Source: Alphaproteobacteria bacterium
Lineage (GTDB): Bacteria > Pseudomonadota > Alphaproteobacteria > Micavibrionales > UBA2020
NCBI GenBank assembly: GCA_965279315.1
Contig: OZ257145.1
Span: 1,099,582 to 1,163,581 of the forward strand
Direction of reading: 5' to 3'
DNA: 64,000 nucleotides
Shown here: positions 1-8,583 of the stretch, one piece after another
Layout of the letters: every line of letters starts with the position of its first letter
Position numbering within the stretch: the stretch's first letter is position 1
Program-made: the position numbers and the translations under genes
The notes under the pieces: model-generated
Told to the model about the DNA's origin: nothing
Seen by the model: the letters and a program-made list of their open reading frames with translations, nothing else
The model's database searches: none

Positions 1-995
1 AGGTTGAACACATACATGACCGCGCCCAGTTTCGCATCCAGCCGCGTCACTTCAACTTGTGAATCATCCGCTTTTGAAACCGTGCCGTCCGACAGCGGCA
101 ATTCGCGGGTGCTTTGTTTCCAGCCATTGGTGGCGGCGGTATCGGCATTGGTTTTCGCATCGGTCAGGCGCACTTCGACCGTTTTCGCCTCGTCCACGAA
201 AGTCTGGTCAACGATGCCGCGCTGCGCCAGCCAGTCGAGGAAGCCGCGGCGGTCTTTCGCCGTGATTTCTTCAGTGCCGCCATGCAGCTTCTCGAAAAAG
301 AAACTTTCCATGTAGGCTTGCACGAATTGCTGCGGCGACAGCAGGCGGTTGTCCAGCATCGCGTCCAGATGCGCGTCGTTGCCTTCCGACCCTGCGCGGA
401 TGGCGGCCTGCTTCAGGATGTTCTGGTAGTCGGTGATGGCGTCGTTCGGCTGCGGGTTCATCGAAAATGTTTTCACCAGCAGCGTGAACACATCGCCGCC
501 CGGCAATGATGCGGTGTTGATCAGGCCGGTCACGGCCTGCCCCTTCATCTCCGCCCGCACGGGGTCGGATTTGATGATGCCTTCGGATTCCGCCTGCTCT
601 TCGCGCTTTTTCAGCTCGGCATATTTCAGGAGCAGGTAGGCGGCGGTCACGTTGTTGACCGATGCGGCCTTTTCAATGCCCGATGCCAGCGCCGCCTTGC
701 CGTCGAAACCCAGCTGCTTCACGCGGCCCAGCATCGTGCGCGCCGATTTCAGCGGGCGGTTCAGCAGGAACCAGACGCGCCAGTTATGCCCTTGTTCGAT
801 TGCGGTATGCAGCGCCTTGGCAACGGCGTCGGTCGTGGCGTTTTTGGTTCTCTTCGCCCATTGGCGGTCGTCGTCGGTTGCCGCGGGCACCTTGATCTTG
901 CCCTCCAGCCCTTCGATGTTGATATAAGGAGATGTCTCCGCCTCCGGCGAAATGCCGTTATCCTGCCTGAAGCGCCTGAAAAGTTTTTCCAGCAT
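1..995 (-). CDS. hypothetical protein, 5' part only (gene continues past the left edge)
   Basis: Own minus-strand translation from the ATG (complement of 993-995) reads MLEKLFRRFRQDNGISPEAETSPYINIEGLEGKIKVPAATDDD... and stays open to position 1. It is absent from the ORF track because no stop lies in the window. The overlapping + strand ORFs 4-1118 look like antisense artefacts. No family recognised. Confidence 0.5.
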   Translation of the reverse strand, partial: MLEKLFRRFRQDNGISPEAETSPYINIEGLEGKIKVPAATDDDRQWAKRTKNATTDAVAKALHTAIEQGHNWRVWFLLNRPLKSARTMLGRVKQLGFDGKAALASGIEKAASVNNVTAAYLLLKYAELKKREEQAESEGIIKSDPVRAEMKGQAVTGLINTASLPGGDVFTLLVKTFSMNPQPNDAITDYQNILKQAAIRAGSEGNDAHLDAMLDNRLLSPQQFVQAYMESFFFEKLHGGTEEITAKDRRGFLDWLAQRGIVDQTFVDEAKTVEVRLTDAKTNADTAATNGWKQSTRELPLSDGTVSKADDSQVEVTRLDAKLGAVMYVFN

Positions 996-1197
996 GCGGC
1001 CCCTTGGGGTTTAAATGGCGATTATGAAACTAACCGGACTATAGAAAGGGCTGACGGGACAGTCAATGGGCGGCTATACCATAATATTAAAATAAACTTG
1101 TCCATTTCGTATCTATAAGCATATAAACGAAACGGCTATATTGGCTTCCTGATATTTTATTTAATCGAATACGCACCGTTACGGGGAGCATATCACG

Positions 1198-2979
1198 ATG
1201 TCGCAGCAGGCTTTATTCAAAGCACCTGAATCCGAGGCGCAGGTTTCAAACGTGCAGCCGGTATTTTCATCGGCTCCGCCGACGTTTTCAAACGGCAAAT
1301 GGATCTGGGAACAGCATTACCCGCAAGGCGTGTCATGGCATGCGCCGATCCTGCAAAAGCCGCTGTTCCACATCATGGACCAGGCCGCCGAAAAATATCC
1401 ACATAACGTAATGGTCGATTTCGAAGGCAAGACCTGGACCTATGCCGACATGGCGCAGATGGTCAACCGCGTGGCGGAAGGCCTGCAGAAATTCGGCGTG
1501 ACCAAGGGCACCAAGGTCGGGTTGTTCCTGCCCAATTCGCCCTACACTTTCATGTTCTTCTTCGGCGTATTGAAGGCGGGCGGCACGGTCGTCAATTATA
1601 ACCCCCTGTATGTGGAACGCGAACTGGCGGGCCAGATCGACGACAGCGAAACCGACATCATGGTCACGCTCGACCAGAAACCGCTGCTGGCAAAAATGGA
1701 CGCGATGCTGAAAACGACGCGCCTGAAAAAGGTGATCGTCTGTCCCTTCGCCGAAACGCTGCCCTTCCCGAAAAACCTGTTCCACCCCTTCGTCAATTAT
1801 AAAGACATCCCGACGATTGTCTGGGACAGCCGCCATATCCCGTTCATCGATGTGGTCGATAACGACGGCGAACCGATCGCCGTGATGGTCAATGCGCAGG
1901 AAGACATCGCCGTGCTGCAATATACCGGCGGCACGACAGGCATCCCCAAGGGCGCGATGCTGACGCATGGCAACCTTTACGCCAACATGTCGCAGATCAC
2001 CACCTGGGTGCGCGATATCCAGCACGGTAAAGACAGCGTGATCGGCGTGCTGCCGCTATTCCATGTGTTTGCGATGACGGTCGTCATGAATATGTCGATC
2101 CATTGCGGCCTGAAGATTTTGCTGCATTCCAAATTCGATGTGAAACAGGTGCTGGAAGCGATCAGGAAGCACCGCCCCACCATGTTCCCCGCCGTGCCGG
2201 CCGTGTTCAACGCGATTGCGAACGCGCCCGATGTCGGCAATTACGATTTTTCCTCGCTGCGGTTCTGCATTACCGGCGGTGCGCCCATGGCGCTCGACGT
2301 GCATCGGCTGTTCGAGGAAAAGACCGGGTCGCGCGCTTTGGCCGAGGGTTACGGCTTGACCGAAGCGGCGCCCGGTTGCACTTTCAACCCGTCATCCGGC
2401 GTGAAGAAACCCGGATCTGTCGGGCAACCCGTTCCCGGCTGCACGGTCGAGATCATCGACCGCATTGATGGCGTCACGCGCCTCGGCATCGGCGAAAAGG
2501 GCGAGGTCTGCATCAGCGGCCCGAACGTCATGAAGGGTTATTTCAACCGTCCCGAAGCGACCGCTGAAGTCATCCGCAACGGCCGCCTGCATACGGGCGA
2601 TGTCGGATACCTTGACGAACAGGGTTACCTGCACCTCGTCGACCGTATCAAGGACCTGATCCTTGTGCGCGGATATAACGTATACCCGCGCGTGGTCGAG
2701 GAAGCGATTTACCTGCACCCTGCGGTCGAGGAATGCATCGTGGCGGGCGTGCCCGATGCGGAACGTGGCGAAACGGTCTGGGCATGGGTCAAGCCTGTCG
2801 CAACATCGGCAGGCGCACAGCTGACCGCAGACAGTATGCGCGAATTCCTGATCGACAAGTTGTCGCCGATCGAAGTACCGCGTAAGATCATCCTGCGCGA
2901 AAAACCGCTGCCCAAGACGGCGGTCGGAAAACTTTCGCGCAAGGACCTGCTGGAGCAGGAAGGCATCAAGCGCGGCTGA
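1198..2979 (+). CDS. AMP-dependent acyl-CoA synthetase (long-chain-fatty-acid--CoA ligase family), paralogue 1
   Basis: 593-aa ORF with AMP-binding signature YTGGTTGIPKGAMLTHGNL, plus GYGLTE, TGDVGYLDEQGYLHLVDRIKD and C-terminal PKTAVGKLSRKDL. GGGGAG RBS upstream. Confidence 0.9.
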   Translation: MSQQALFKAPESEAQVSNVQPVFSSAPPTFSNGKWIWEQHYPQGVSWHAPILQKPLFHIMDQAAEKYPHNVMVDFEGKTWTYADMAQMVNRVAEGLQKFGVTKGTKVGLFLPNSPYTFMFFFGVLKAGGTVVNYNPLYVERELAGQIDDSETDIMVTLDQKPLLAKMDAMLKTTRLKKVIVCPFAETLPFPKNLFHPFVNYKDIPTIVWDSRHIPFIDVVDNDGEPIAVMVNAQEDIAVLQYTGGTTGIPKGAMLTHGNLYANMSQITTWVRDIQHGKDSVIGVLPLFHVFAMTVVMNMSIHCGLKILLHSKFDVKQVLEAIRKHRPTMFPAVPAVFNAIANAPDVGNYDFSSLRFCITGGAPMALDVHRLFEEKTGSRALAEGYGLTEAAPGCTFNPSSGVKKPGSVGQPVPGCTVEIIDRIDGVTRLGIGEKGEVCISGPNVMKGYFNRPEATAEVIRNGRLHTGDVGYLDEQGYLHLVDRIKDLILVRGYNVYPRVVEEAIYLHPAVEECIVAGVPDAERGETVWAWVKPVATSAGAQLTADSMREFLIDKLSPIEVPRKIILREKPLPKTAVGKLSRKDLLEQEGIKRG

Positions 2980-2999
2980 CATATATAAGGACGTTCCAA

Positions 3000-4673
3000 A
3001 TGACACATCCGGCAAAGGCATCCGGCCATGTTTACCCGTGGCTCAAAAGCTACGCCCCCGGCGTTTCGTGGAACATCGATATACCTGACCAGCCGGTCTA
3101 TAAATTCCTCGATGATTCCGTCGCAAAATATCCAGACCGCAAGGCGCTGGTTTGCGCGGGCCATTCTTACGATTACAAGACCGTCGGCGCGCTGGTCGAC
3201 TGCGCGACCAAGGGCCTATGGGAGCTGGGCGTCAAGAAAGGCACCAAGGTCGGCTTGTTCATGCCGAACACGGCCTATTCTGTCGTCATGTATTACGCGA
3301 TCCTGAAGGCGGGCGCGACCGTCGTCAATTTCAACCCCGCCTATATCGACCGCGACCTCGCCGCACAGGCGAATGACAGCGACACGCAATTCCTCGTGAC
3401 GCTCGACCTGCCGCCGCTGATGGAAAAGGCCAAGAACCTCGCGGGCGCATCCGGCATTGAAAAAGTCATCTTCTGCCCCGCAAAACAAAACCTGCGCGAA
3501 ACCGTTTCCGGCGCATCGCCACTGCCCTCCGAAAAAACCGTCTGGTTCGCCGACCTGATCCACAATGATGGCCAGCACAACGAAGCGTTGATCGACCCCA
3601 ACCGCGACATCGCCGTGCTGCAATATACCGGCGGCACCACCGGCGTGCCCAAGGGCGCGACGCTGACGCATAAAAATCTCGTCGCGAACGCCTGCCAGAT
3701 CGGTCAGTGGTATCACAATTCCGAAGACGGGCAGGACAGCATGATCGCCGTGCTGCCGCTGTTCCATGTTTTCGCCATGACCGTCGTCATGAACATGTCG
3801 ATCAAGAAGGGCATGACGCTGTTCATTATGCCGACCTTCAGCGTGGGCGAACTGCTGGACCTCGTGAAGCGCGAGAAACCGGCATATCTTGCCGCCGTGC
3901 CCGCGATGTATATCGCGCTCGCCAATTATGACCGCATTTCAGAGCATGATTTCTCGACGCTCAAATTCTGCCTCTCCGGCGGCGCGCCGCTGCCCGCCGA
4001 AGTGAAGCGGCTGTTCGAGACGCGCACGAAGGCGAAACTGGTGGCGGAGGGTTACGGCCTCACCGAATTTTCCCCCGTCGCCACCTGCAACCCGTTGACC
4101 GACAAGGCCAAGGGCGGGTCGATCGGCCTGCCGCTGCCCGGCACGCTGCTGGAAATCATCAGCCTGGTCGATGGCACAACCGTGCTGCAGCCCGGCGAAA
4201 AGGGCGAAATCTGCGTCAGCGGTCCGCAATTGATGGCGGGCTATTACAAGCGCGATGATGAAACCGCGAATGTGATCCGCCAGGGGCGCCTGCATACGGG
4301 CGATGTCGGTTACATGGATGATGATGGATTTGTCTTTATCGTTGATCGCGTAAAAGACATGGTGCTGGTCGGCGGCTATAACGTCTATCCCCGCCATATC
4401 GAGGAAGTGCTCTATACCCATCCCGCGGTCGAGGAATGCATCGTGGCGGGCGTGCCTGATCCGTTGCGCGGCGAGGTCGTGCAGGCCTGGGTCAAGCAGC
4501 GCGCGGGCGAATCCGTGACGGGCGACGTATTAAAGGTCTGGCTGGGCGACAAGCTTTCCCCCATCGAAATTCCCAAGAAAATCATCGTGCGCGACCAGCC
4601 TTTGCCCAAAACGGCGGTCGGCAAGCTCTCCAAGCGCGACCTGTTGATACAGGAAGGCATTAAAAAGGCATAA
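3000..4673 (+). CDS. AMP-dependent acyl-CoA synthetase, paralogue 2
   Basis: 557-aa ORF 20 nt after paralogue 1, with the same motif set: YTGGTTGVPKGATLTHKNL, GYGLTE, TGDVGYMDDDGFVFIVDRVKD, PKTAVGKLSKRDL. Confidence 0.9.
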   Translation: MTHPAKASGHVYPWLKSYAPGVSWNIDIPDQPVYKFLDDSVAKYPDRKALVCAGHSYDYKTVGALVDCATKGLWELGVKKGTKVGLFMPNTAYSVVMYYAILKAGATVVNFNPAYIDRDLAAQANDSDTQFLVTLDLPPLMEKAKNLAGASGIEKVIFCPAKQNLRETVSGASPLPSEKTVWFADLIHNDGQHNEALIDPNRDIAVLQYTGGTTGVPKGATLTHKNLVANACQIGQWYHNSEDGQDSMIAVLPLFHVFAMTVVMNMSIKKGMTLFIMPTFSVGELLDLVKREKPAYLAAVPAMYIALANYDRISEHDFSTLKFCLSGGAPLPAEVKRLFETRTKAKLVAEGYGLTEFSPVATCNPLTDKAKGGSIGLPLPGTLLEIISLVDGTTVLQPGEKGEICVSGPQLMAGYYKRDDETANVIRQGRLHTGDVGYMDDDGFVFIVDRVKDMVLVGGYNVYPRHIEEVLYTHPAVEECIVAGVPDPLRGEVVQAWVKQRAGESVTGDVLKVWLGDKLSPIEIPKKIIVRDQPLPKTAVGKLSKRDLLIQEGIKKA

Positions 4674-4752
4674 TCGGGCAGGGAACCCGAATCTGGCCGC
4701 CGTGGTTGGAGGTTCGAACAAGAAACGAACAACCGCCAGAGGAGACTTAGTC

Positions 4753-4935
4753 ATGGCAAAGAACCAGAACGTACTCGTCGCCGTCATTTTCGCACTCGTG
4801 CTGCTTGTCGGCGCACTCGTCTATCATCAAAACCAGCGCCCCGCGACCCTGGGCGAAAAAGTTGGCGCAGCGATCGAAAAAGCTGGCGACAACATCGAAG
4901 ATGCAGCGGATGACGTGAAGCACGACCTTCGCTAA
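4753..4935 (+). CDS. small single-pass membrane protein (hypothetical)
   Basis: Internal ATG of ORF 4702-4935 preceded by a GGAGA RBS. The 60-aa product MAKNQNVLVAVIFALVLLVGALVYH... has one hydrophobic helix followed by an acidic tail. Confidence 0.5.
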   Translation: MAKNQNVLVAVIFALVLLVGALVYHQNQRPATLGEKVGAAIEKAGDNIEDAADDVKHDLR

Positions 4936-4939
4936 GATT

Positions 4940-5000
4940 CTTTGCGTCAATTTATTTGACGCAAAGCGACCGGCCTTCCCCTGAAACATGGGGAAGGCCG
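4940..5000. terminator. two stem-loops between convergent genes
   Basis: CTTTGCGTCAA-tttat-TTGACGCAAAG, then CGGCCTTCCCC-tgaaacat-GGGGAAGGCCG followed by a T-rich run. Located between the 4753-4935 (+) and 5021-5782 (-) genes. Confidence 0.6.
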
Positions 5001-5020
5001 TACCGCTTTTGGGGCAGGTT

Positions 5021-5782
5021 CTATTTGTGTTCCGGGCGCTTGTTTTCCTGCGGGAGCAGGAAAAGGCAGGCGATCATCATGGCCGCCAGAGCCGCCGATG
5101 CCGTGAAGCGCCCAATTGCCAGCCCGCCTTGATCGATAGGCTTGTCAATCAAGTCGCCCAGCGTCGCACCCAGCGGGCGCGTCAGCACAAATGCCGCCCA
5201 GAACAGGGCCGTGCGCGATACCTTCGGGATCATATACAGGCCGCCAATCACGGCCAGCCCCACCGAAAACAAGATCGCGCCGCGTTCATACCCGAAACCG
5301 TTCGTATCCGCGACCCAGTCGCCAAGCGCCGTGCCGAGGGTTTGTGAAAACAGGATCGTCACCCAGGAAAAAACCTCCGCCTTGCGCGACGCGATGGCCT
5401 CGACCGCGACCGAACCGGTCGTGCGACGCCATGCGTAAAACGACAATAACAAAAGCGCCAACAACAATGCCGAACCGCCCGTATATCCAATGCCCATCGA
5501 CCGGTCCGCGAAATCGGCCAGCGTGGTGCCCAGCGTCGTGGTGGCGATGATGACGCCCCAATACAAAAAGCGGTTATAGGCGGCAGCCGCCAGTTGCGCC
5601 CCGACCGCAACGGCGAAAATCGCGAGGAAGACAAGGCTGCTGACGGCATAGCCCAGATCCAGCGTCATCGACAGCGCGTCGCCACCGGTTTCGCCCAGCG
5701 TCGTCGCCAGTATCTTGATGACCCAGAAGGCGAGAGTGATCTCGGGCACTTTGCGCAGGGCAGATGTTGATTCGCTATTCAT
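5021..5782 (-). CDS. polytopic membrane protein with four internal (T)LG-x3-GD repeats (COG4705-like)
   Basis: Start trimmed to MNSESTSALRKVPEITLAFWVIKILATTLGETGGDALS. The repeated motifs TTLGETGGD / TTLGTTLAD / QTLGTALGD / RPLGATLGD each follow a hydrophobic helix. Confidence 0.6.
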   Translation of the reverse strand: MNSESTSALRKVPEITLAFWVIKILATTLGETGGDALSMTLDLGYAVSSLVFLAIFAVAVGAQLAAAAYNRFLYWGVIIATTTLGTTLADFADRSMGIGYTGGSALLLALLLLSFYAWRRTTGSVAVEAIASRKAEVFSWVTILFSQTLGTALGDWVADTNGFGYERGAILFSVGLAVIGGLYMIPKVSRTALFWAAFVLTRPLGATLGDLIDKPIDQGGLAIGRFTASAALAAMMIACLFLLPQENKRPEHK

Positions 5783-5980
5783 GAAGCCATCATGCGCCGC
5801 CAAGCTGAGGGGAATCTGAAACCGTACTTGAAATAAAATAACAGATAGAGTTTCCAGAAGATTTTTGATCGCCAGTATTATGACGAGTATGTCTCTGGGC
5901 GGGTTGACCCCCCTATTTCCGTATGCTACCCGTGACCTCCATTTACCTAATCGCACTTATTTTTCAGGAGACATACGACA

Positions 5981-7261
5981 ATGGCTTATCGCGGCAATGC
6001 AGAATACGAACATGGCGCTTATTACAAAGACGAAGTCAAAACCTCGATCAAATTGACGATCGCCTTCGCCAAAGCTGTCGGCAAGCATCAGGACGACCCG
6101 TCCGACAACCTCGTCGTCTCCCCGTATAACGCCACCGCCGCGCTGTCGATGGTCGCCAAGGGCGCTGTCGGCGAAACCCGCGATGAACTGGCGCAGGCGC
6201 TGTTCGCAACGGATGGCAAAAATCTTGATGACGCCGTCGCTGCCTATTCGAAACTCAACACCGAAATCCTGAAAGCAAATGCAGGCCAGGTGACGCTGAC
6301 GACCGCCAATGGCGTCTGGACGAACAAAGACCTCGTCACGCTGCGCGACGCTTTCGCCAAAGACCTGAAAGACACCATGGGCGCGGACATTTCGGCCGAA
6401 GATTACGCCAACCCGGCCACCGTCGATAAAATCAACAAATGGGCCAGCGACAACACCAACGGCCTGATCACCAAGGTTCTCGAATCCCTCGCGCCCGACG
6501 ATGCGGCGGTGCTGGCATCCGCCCTGCATTTCAAAGGCGAATGGACGAAGAAATTCGACAAGGCCCTGACCGAAGACAAATCCTTCACGCAGGACGGCAA
6601 CGCCGCCGCGACCACCCCCACCATGCATCAGGATTTCGACGATGAAGGCGGCTTCCGTTACCAGAAAGGCAACGGCTTCGAAGCGATCTCCATGACCTAT
6701 GGCGAAGAAAAACACACCGACACCGAATGGAAAAACCCCACCATGCGCCTCGTGCTGGTGCGCCCGACGGATGACAATGTGTCGGCGCGCGATTTCCTCG
6801 GCGCGCAGGAAAATGGCAAGATCCCCGCCTGGCTGGATGTGTACGGCTACAACGACGCGGTCGGCTCCGTCGAACTGCCCCGCATGGACATCAAGCAGAA
6901 ATTCGACCTGATCCCCGCGCTGCGCGACATGGGCATTGAAAAGGCCTTTGGCGGCGGCTCCTTCGAAAACATGGTCGAAAAAGGCGGCGAGAAACTCTAC
7001 GTCTCCAAGGTCAGCCATGACACCGTTTTCAAGACGGATGAACAGGGCTCCGAAGCCGCAGCAGTCACGACCGCCGTCATGACGCTCGAATCCGTGCGTA
7101 TGCCGCCCGAACAGGTCGACATCAAATTCGACCGTTCCTTCCTGTTCGCCCTGCAGGACGTGAAAACCAATGCAGTGCTGTTCATCGGCGCGGTCAACAA
7201 GCCCAATGACGATGTGAAGCCCGCAAAAGCGCCGAAAGCAAAAGCGCCCGGCCTCAAGTAA
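5981..7261 (+). CDS. serpin family protein, paralogue 1 (no signal peptide)
   Basis: 426 aa. Carries NLVVSPYNATAALSMVAKGAVGETRDELAQALF, the hinge DEQGSEAAAVTTAVMTLESVRMPPE, and DRSFLFALQD after the loop. The C-terminal tail is K/P/A-rich. Confidence 0.9.
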   Translation: MAYRGNAEYEHGAYYKDEVKTSIKLTIAFAKAVGKHQDDPSDNLVVSPYNATAALSMVAKGAVGETRDELAQALFATDGKNLDDAVAAYSKLNTEILKANAGQVTLTTANGVWTNKDLVTLRDAFAKDLKDTMGADISAEDYANPATVDKINKWASDNTNGLITKVLESLAPDDAAVLASALHFKGEWTKKFDKALTEDKSFTQDGNAAATTPTMHQDFDDEGGFRYQKGNGFEAISMTYGEEKHTDTEWKNPTMRLVLVRPTDDNVSARDFLGAQENGKIPAWLDVYGYNDAVGSVELPRMDIKQKFDLIPALRDMGIEKAFGGGSFENMVEKGGEKLYVSKVSHDTVFKTDEQGSEAAAVTTAVMTLESVRMPPEQVDIKFDRSFLFALQDVKTNAVLFIGAVNKPNDDVKPAKAPKAKAPGLK

Positions 7262-7285
7262 TTTTTATTTCAAAGGAATAATACA

Positions 7286-8569
7286 ATGGCAAAAGCAAAA
7301 CCCGCCGCGCAGCCGGAATACGAACACGGCCGCCAGTTCAAACCCGAAGTGAAGAACGTCATTAAACTGACGCTCGCCTTCACCAAGGCCGTCGGCAAAA
7401 ATCAGGAGGACGCGAATGAAAACCTCGTGGTGTCCCCCTATAACGCGATCTCCGCGCTCGCGATGGTCGCAAAAGGCGCAGACGGCCTGACCCGCGACGA
7501 AATGGCGCAGACGCTGTTCGGCGTGTCTGGCAAGGACCTCGAAAAAGCGGCGAATGATTACGTCGCCCTGAATGCCGATGTTCTCGCGGCGAACAAGGAT
7601 CAAGTGACGCTGACCACAGCGAACGGTGTCTGGACGAACCAGGAACGCCTGAAGCTCGACCCCGCTTATGCCGATGACCTGAAAAAGATGCACAGCGCGG
7701 AAATTTCCGCCGAAGATTTCGGCGACACGAAAACCGTCGATAAAATCAACAAATGGGCCAGCGACAACACCAACGGGCTGATCCCCGAAGTGCTGACCGA
7801 GCTGAAAAAAGACGACGCGGCGGTTCTCGCCTCCGCTTTGTACTTCAAAGGCGACTGGACGCATAAATTCGACAAGAAACTGACCGAAGACAAAAACTTC
7901 ACGGCAGACGATGCATCGGTCAACGCAACCCCCACCATGAAACAGCGTTTCAAGGAAGAAGGCCAGATCGGCTATCTTGCCGGCGACGGTTATGAAGCGG
8001 TTGCGCTCAACTACGGCCAAGAAGACTGGGAAAACGGCAAGCAGCCCACCATGCGCGTCGTCCTGATCCGTCCGACCGATGATAACGTGTCGGCGCGCGA
8101 CTGGCTGTCCGGCGAAGCAAAAGGCAAAGTGCCCGAATGGCTCGATCCTTACGCATTCAATGACGCGGTCGGCACGGTTGAACTGCCCCGCCTCGACATC
8201 AAGCAGCGCTTCGACCTGATACCCGCCCTGAAAGAAATGGGCATCAAGGAAGCCTTCAACGAAGAAAAAGCCGATTTCGGCAAGATGACGCAATCGGGCG
8301 ACCTGTTCATTGGCAAGGTCCAGCACGACACCGTCTTCAAGACGAATGAAGAAGGCTCCGAAGCCGCCGCCGTCACGACGGTCGGCATGGTTTTCGCGAC
8401 TTCCGTGCGCATGCCCCCGCCCCAGATCGACGTCAAGTTTGACCGTTCCTTTGCCTTCGCATTGCAGGATGTGAAAACGGGCGCGGTGATTTTCGTCGGT
8501 GCGATCAACAAGCCGAACGAAGACATGAAACCCGCCGTCAAAAAACAAAACGCGCCGAAGCCGCGCTAA
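7286..8569 (+). CDS. serpin family protein, paralogue 2 (no signal peptide)
   Basis: 427 aa, 24 nt after paralogue 1. Carries NLVVSPYNAISALAMVAKGADGLTRDEMAQTLF, the hinge EEGSEAAAVTTVGMVFATSVRMPPP, and DRSFAFALQD. Confidence 0.9.
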   Translation: MAKAKPAAQPEYEHGRQFKPEVKNVIKLTLAFTKAVGKNQEDANENLVVSPYNAISALAMVAKGADGLTRDEMAQTLFGVSGKDLEKAANDYVALNADVLAANKDQVTLTTANGVWTNQERLKLDPAYADDLKKMHSAEISAEDFGDTKTVDKINKWASDNTNGLIPEVLTELKKDDAAVLASALYFKGDWTHKFDKKLTEDKNFTADDASVNATPTMKQRFKEEGQIGYLAGDGYEAVALNYGQEDWENGKQPTMRVVLIRPTDDNVSARDWLSGEAKGKVPEWLDPYAFNDAVGTVELPRLDIKQRFDLIPALKEMGIKEAFNEEKADFGKMTQSGDLFIGKVQHDTVFKTNEEGSEAAAVTTVGMVFATSVRMPPPQIDVKFDRSFAFALQDVKTGAVIFVGAINKPNEDMKPAVKKQNAPKPR

Positions 8570-8583
8570 GAAGGAAATAGATC

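Noticed and set aside
4-1118. Seven overlapping + strand ORFs (60-131 aa) at the left edge
   Set aside because: They overlap each other in several frames and have Arg/Ala-rich, low-information sequences. They lie antisense to a minus-strand frame that is open from 995 to the window edge, so they are high-GC antisense artefacts.
4690-4725. GGTTCGAAC string suggesting a tRNA T-loop
   Set aside because: No acceptor stem, anticodon arm or CCA context can be built around it. It lies in the short leader of the 4753 gene.
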